Shown here: positions 1 to 2,009 of the stretch, piece after piece
How positions within the stretch are numbered: position 1 is the stretch's first letter
Layout: every line of letters starts with the position of its first letter
The notes under the pieces: generated by a model
What the model was told of the DNA's origin: nothing
Databases searched by the model: none
The model's input: only the letters and a program-made list of their open reading frames with translations
Source of the DNA: Escherichia coli
GTDB taxonomy: Bacteria > Pseudomonadota > Gammaproteobacteria > Enterobacterales > Enterobacteriaceae
NCBI RefSeq assembly: GCF_003334355.1
Contig: NZ_QOWP01000078.1
Strand: one strand, 5' to 3'
DNA: 2,009 bases
Translations under genes and position numbers: made by a program

Positions 1-330
1 CTGCGGTTTTTCAACTATTCAGATACATCACTCCCATCACATTCATTCCTCCGCATCATAGGCATATAGGCTATATCACCTTGATATTTTTCTTCTTCAG
101 ATAAAAACTGTTATCTATGTATACTTTTAAACCCAATCTGTGTAGAGTCTCTGCATAAGATAGTTTGCAGTTGCCGCTTCAGCTTGCGCCATAAACCGCC
201 TGATTTTTGCTGCCACCTGTTAGCATTCCTGTATACCTGAAACGACAATGTTTATCTACGAACTTTAAGAACACCCAAGATAAAAATTGTCAACTATATC
301 ATATATAACACATTACTAATTCGAGGCTAT

Positions 331-444
331 ATGAACAGCATACTGATAATCACATCTCTCCTTATCATATTCAGCATTTTTAGTCATGCCCTAATAAAAT
401 TAGGGATTGGCATATCCAATAACCCAGACAAAACCGATGTATAA
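331..444 (+). CDS. Candidate small ORF, 37 aa, hydrophobic N-terminus (possible small membrane peptide or upstream leader peptide); could be a chance ORF in AT-rich DNA
   Basis: ATG 331 preceded by GAGG (323-326) at a 4-nt spacing; translation [37 protein letters not shown], stop TAA at 442-444. Residues 4-18 form a signal-peptide- or transmembrane-like hydrophobic stretch. Below the size cutoff of the supplied ORF track. AT-rich DNA yields Ile/Leu/Phe-rich frames by chance, hence the low confidence. Confidence 0.2.
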
Positions 445-512
445 GTCAACATATCCTGAATCAGACATACAATATCGCAATGAAAATCAATAATATTTTA
501 AGGAATATCTTC

Positions 513-746
513 ATGAAATCAAAAGACACCCTAAAGTGGTTCCCTGCGCAGCTTCCTGAAGTAAGAATTATCCTAGGGAATGCTGTAGTGGAAGTAGCAA
601 AACAGGGAAGACCTATCAATACCAGAACATTGCTTGATTACATTGAAGGAAACATAAAGAAAAAATCATGGCTGGATAACAAAGAATTATTACAAACAGC
701 GATATCAGTTCTTAAAGACAACCAAAATTTAAATGGTAAAATGTAA
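513..746 (+). CDS. ydfK: Small 77-aa prophage-borne protein of unknown function, YdfK/YnaE-like (cold-shock-associated small protein of cryptic prophages Qin/Rac, recalled from memory). The ORF track starts at ATG 480 (88 aa), but ATG 513 is the more likely start.
   Basis: Open frame 480-746 with in-frame ATG at 513 preceded by AAGGA (500-504) at an 8-nt spacing; ATG 480 has no recognisable Shine-Dalgarno. From 513 the product is exactly 77 aa (MKSKDTLKWFPAQLPEVRIILGNAVVEVAK...). Position directly upstream of a Pin-like recombinase matches the ydfK-pinQ / ynaE-pinR arrangement as I remember it. No recognisable catalytic or DNA-binding motif. Confidence 0.6.
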   Translation: MKSKDTLKWFPAQLPEVRIILGNAVVEVAKQGRPINTRTLLDYIEGNIKKKSWLDNKELLQTAISVLKDNQNLNGKM

Positions 747-771
747 TATAATAAACTTACTTTTTTATCAT

Positions 772-808
772 TTTTCCACTTTAACAACATTTTGCTCCAC
801 TTTTCCAC
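772..808. repeat. Short direct repeats TTTTCCAC (772-779 and 801-808) with a third CCAC-containing copy TTTGCTCCAC (791-800), just downstream of the small ORF stop
   Basis: Read directly from the sequence; CCAC recurs at 776-779, 797-800 and 805-808, each preceded by a T-tract. Function unknown. Confidence 0.3.
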
Positions 809-911
809 GACCAAACAACTTGAAATCTGGTTAAAATAACACGCAACACTATTCTTCTTCCTTGAGTCCGCCCGGAACTCGAAAAACAAACCGAGTTAAA
901 GCCATTTTTCA

Positions 912-925
912 CAAAATCGATTTTG
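912..925. repeat. Perfect 14-bp palindrome CAAAATCGATTTTG in the recombinase upstream region (candidate protein-binding site; function unproven)
   Basis: Read directly: 912-925 equals its own reverse complement, with a central CG dinucleotide. A further CAAAAT copy lies in direct orientation at 934-939, about two helical turns from the left arm, and another at 1004-1009. Confidence 0.4.
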
Positions 926-1062
926 GGTCTCACCAAAATTACGGGGTTGCATACGCATTCGTTTATTTTCGAACGTGTACATACAAATATGCACAAAAAT
1001 AATCAAAATTATTTTCTGCGATGCATTATGATATGAACACCAATTTCGTATAGAGTCTCACT

Positions 1063-1653
1063 ATGTCTCGAATTTTTGCTTACTGTCGGATATCAACGCT
1101 GGATCAGACCACCGAAAATCAACGCCGGGAAATCGAAAGTGCAGGTTTTAAAATCAAACCTCAGCAAATAATCGAAGAACACATTAGCGGCTCAGCAGCA
1201 ACCAGTGAGCGTCCTGGTTTTAACCGGTTGCTTGCTCGCCTGAAATGTGGTGATCAATTGATTGTGACAAAACTGGATCGCCTTGGTTGTAATGCAATGG
1301 ATATCAGGAAAACAGTGGAACAACTGACCGAAACAGGTATCAGAGTGCATTGCTTAGCATTGGCTGGCATTGACCTGACCAGTCCAACAGGAAAAATGAT
1401 GATGCAAGTAATTTCAGCAGTCGCTGAATTTGAACGAGACCTTTTACTTGAACGCACTCATTCCGGGATAGTAAGAGCCCGCGGCGCAGGGAAACGTTTT
1501 GGTCGACCACCTGTGTTAAATGAAGAACAGAAACAGGTGGTATTCGAACGAATTAAGTCAGGTGTAAGTATAAGTGCCATTGCCCGGGAATTCAAAACCT
1601 CGCGGCAAACCATTTTAAGAGCCAAAGCAAAACTTCAGACACCTGACATATAA
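1063..1653 (+). CDS. pinQ: Small serine recombinase, resolvase/invertase family (Pin-like putative DNA invertase of a lambdoid prophage), 196 aa
   Basis: N-terminal catalytic motif Y7-x-R9-x-S11-T-x-D14-Q15 ([11 protein letters not shown]) with the nucleophilic serine at S11; KLDRLG motif at 70-75; E-R pairs in [12 protein letters not shown]; Gly/Arg-rich hinge [10 protein letters not shown]; C-terminal helix-turn-helix [26 protein letters not shown]. Length 196 aa matches PinQ/PinR as recalled. Symbol is tentative, since pinQ and pinR are near-identical paralogs. Confidence 0.85.
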   Translation: MSRIFAYCRISTLDQTTENQRREIESAGFKIKPQQIIEEHISGSAATSERPGFNRLLARLKCGDQLIVTKLDRLGCNAMDIRKTVEQLTETGIRVHCLALAGIDLTSPTGKMMMQVISAVAEFERDLLLERTHSGIVRARGAGKRFGRPPVLNEEQKQVVFERIKSGVSISAIAREFKTSRQTILRAKAKLQTPDI

Positions 1654-1659
1654 AAAATA

Positions 1660-1674
1660 ATCTCGGTGTGAGAT
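1660..1674. terminator. Weak palindromic hairpin (ATCTC-GGTGT-GAGAT) between the convergent recombinase and tfa 3' ends; possible weak bidirectional terminator
   Basis: 5-bp stem with 5-nt loop at 1660-1674; on the minus strand it is followed by the T-tract complementary to 1651-1659. The stem is short and GC-poor, so termination efficiency is doubtful. Confidence 0.2.
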
Positions 1675-1750
1675 GCTTTACGTCTTCCAAGCCCCCTTCC
1701 TTGCCGTAAATGGAAAGATACATCTAATTAAAGAATTTATATGTTTTACC

Positions 1751-2009
1751 CTACGGCAGTGCTGGCCATTCAATATCCTGTGCAGTTGACGTATCAACAC
1801 GGTTCAGCAATACCCGATACTTTTTCCATGCTTCCAGCAACGAGATTTCTTCCTCCGTTGCAATTTCCAGATCTGCAGCATCCTGAAGCGGCGCAATATG
1901 CTCACTGGCTACCTGCATCAGGTTGTTTTTTGTTTCTTCCGCCTCCCGGATCCGGAACAGTTTTTCTGCTTCCGTATCCTTCACCCAGGCTGTGCCGTTC
2001 CACTTCTGA
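1751..2009 (-). CDS. tfaQ: Tail fibre assembly protein (Tfa), C-terminal portion only; gene continues beyond the right edge of the window
   Basis: Minus-strand frame is open from the window edge (2008) to the stop at 1753-1751; the ORF track's GTG at 1984 is an internal codon, not the true start. The C-terminus ...[27 protein letters not shown] is the characteristic Tfa/gpU-type C-terminal signature of lambdoid, Mu and P2 tail fibre assembly proteins. Convergent with the recombinase as in Qin/Rac. Symbol is tentative (tfaQ/tfaR paralogs). Confidence 0.75.

Noticed and set aside
1-60. Tiny minus-strand ORF (about 11 codons) preceded by GGAGG near the left edge
   Set aside because: The Shine-Dalgarno-to-ATG spacing is only 1 nt for the in-frame start and the ORF is extremely short; probably fortuitous.
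99-116. Inverted repeat AGATAA-N6-TTATCT
   Set aside because: A 6-bp AT-rich inverted repeat is expected by chance in a 36% GC region; no supporting context.
68-332. 9-bp direct repeat AGGCTATAT at 68-76 and 324-332
   Set aside because: Several exact 9-mer repeats are expected by chance in 2 kb, more so in AT-rich DNA; there is no extended flanking similarity that would suggest a duplication or att site.
740-766. Possible intrinsic terminator after the small gene (AATGTAA ... TTACTTT followed by a T-tract)
   Set aside because: The stem is AU-only with a mismatch and a 10-nt loop, and it overlaps the T-tract itself; too unstable to call a terminator.
638-889. Minus-strand ORF of 83 aa from the six-frame track
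   Set aside because: Overlaps the better-supported plus-strand small gene on the opposite strand, has a low-complexity Phe/Leu/Lys-rich translation typical of antisense AT-rich frames, and shows no RBS or recognisable motif.
781-996. Minus-strand ORF of 71 aa in the recombinase upstream intergenic region
   Set aside because: Cys/Arg-rich translation with no recognisable domain and no convincing start context; lies across the repeat and palindrome region, which looks regulatory. Probably a chance frame.
143-1059. 9-bp direct repeat TAGAGTCTC at 143-151 and 1051-1059, the second just upstream of the recombinase ATG
   Set aside because: Chance-level for a 9-mer in this window; the flanks do not match beyond 1-2 bases, so I do not treat it as an attachment site or target-site duplication.
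1254-1457. Minus-strand ORF of 67 aa inside the recombinase gene
   Set aside because: Fully embedded antisense to a well-supported serine recombinase CDS; a typical shadow ORF.
1-2009. Screen for tRNA, rRNA, CRISPR array or IS/transposon ends
   Set aside because: No cloverleaf-compatible segment, no regularly spaced direct repeats of CRISPR size, and no terminal inverted repeats with a transposase ORF are visible; nothing to report.

Overview
This window reads as a fragment of a lambdoid (cryptic) prophage tail-fibre/invertase module of the enterobacterial type. From left to right: about 510 bp of AT-rich, essentially ORF-free DNA (about 36% GC over 1-480 by hand count); a small 77-aa ORF (513-746, +); a 316-bp intergenic region carrying a perfect 14-bp palindrome and several short repeats; a 196-aa small serine recombinase of the resolvase/invertase (Pin/Gin/Hin-like) family (1063-1653, +); and, convergent on the minus strand, the C-terminal part of a tail-fibre assembly (Tfa) gene that runs off the right edge (1751-2009). 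From memory this matches the ydfK-pinQ-tfaQ segment of E. coli Qin (or its near-identical Rac paralogs ynaE-pinR-tfaR); I could not verify this by search, so the gene symbols are tentative. I see no tRNA, rRNA, CRISPR array or IS element. The points most worth a second look are a Cys at the position of a conserved catalytic Arg in the recombinase (DRLGC rather than DRLGR), the unidentified crossover/operator site (the palindrome at 912-925 is the best candidate), and the long AT-rich leader with a possible 37-codon hydrophobic ORF. I do not see strong evidence for a novel system; this looks like a known-type prophage remnant.
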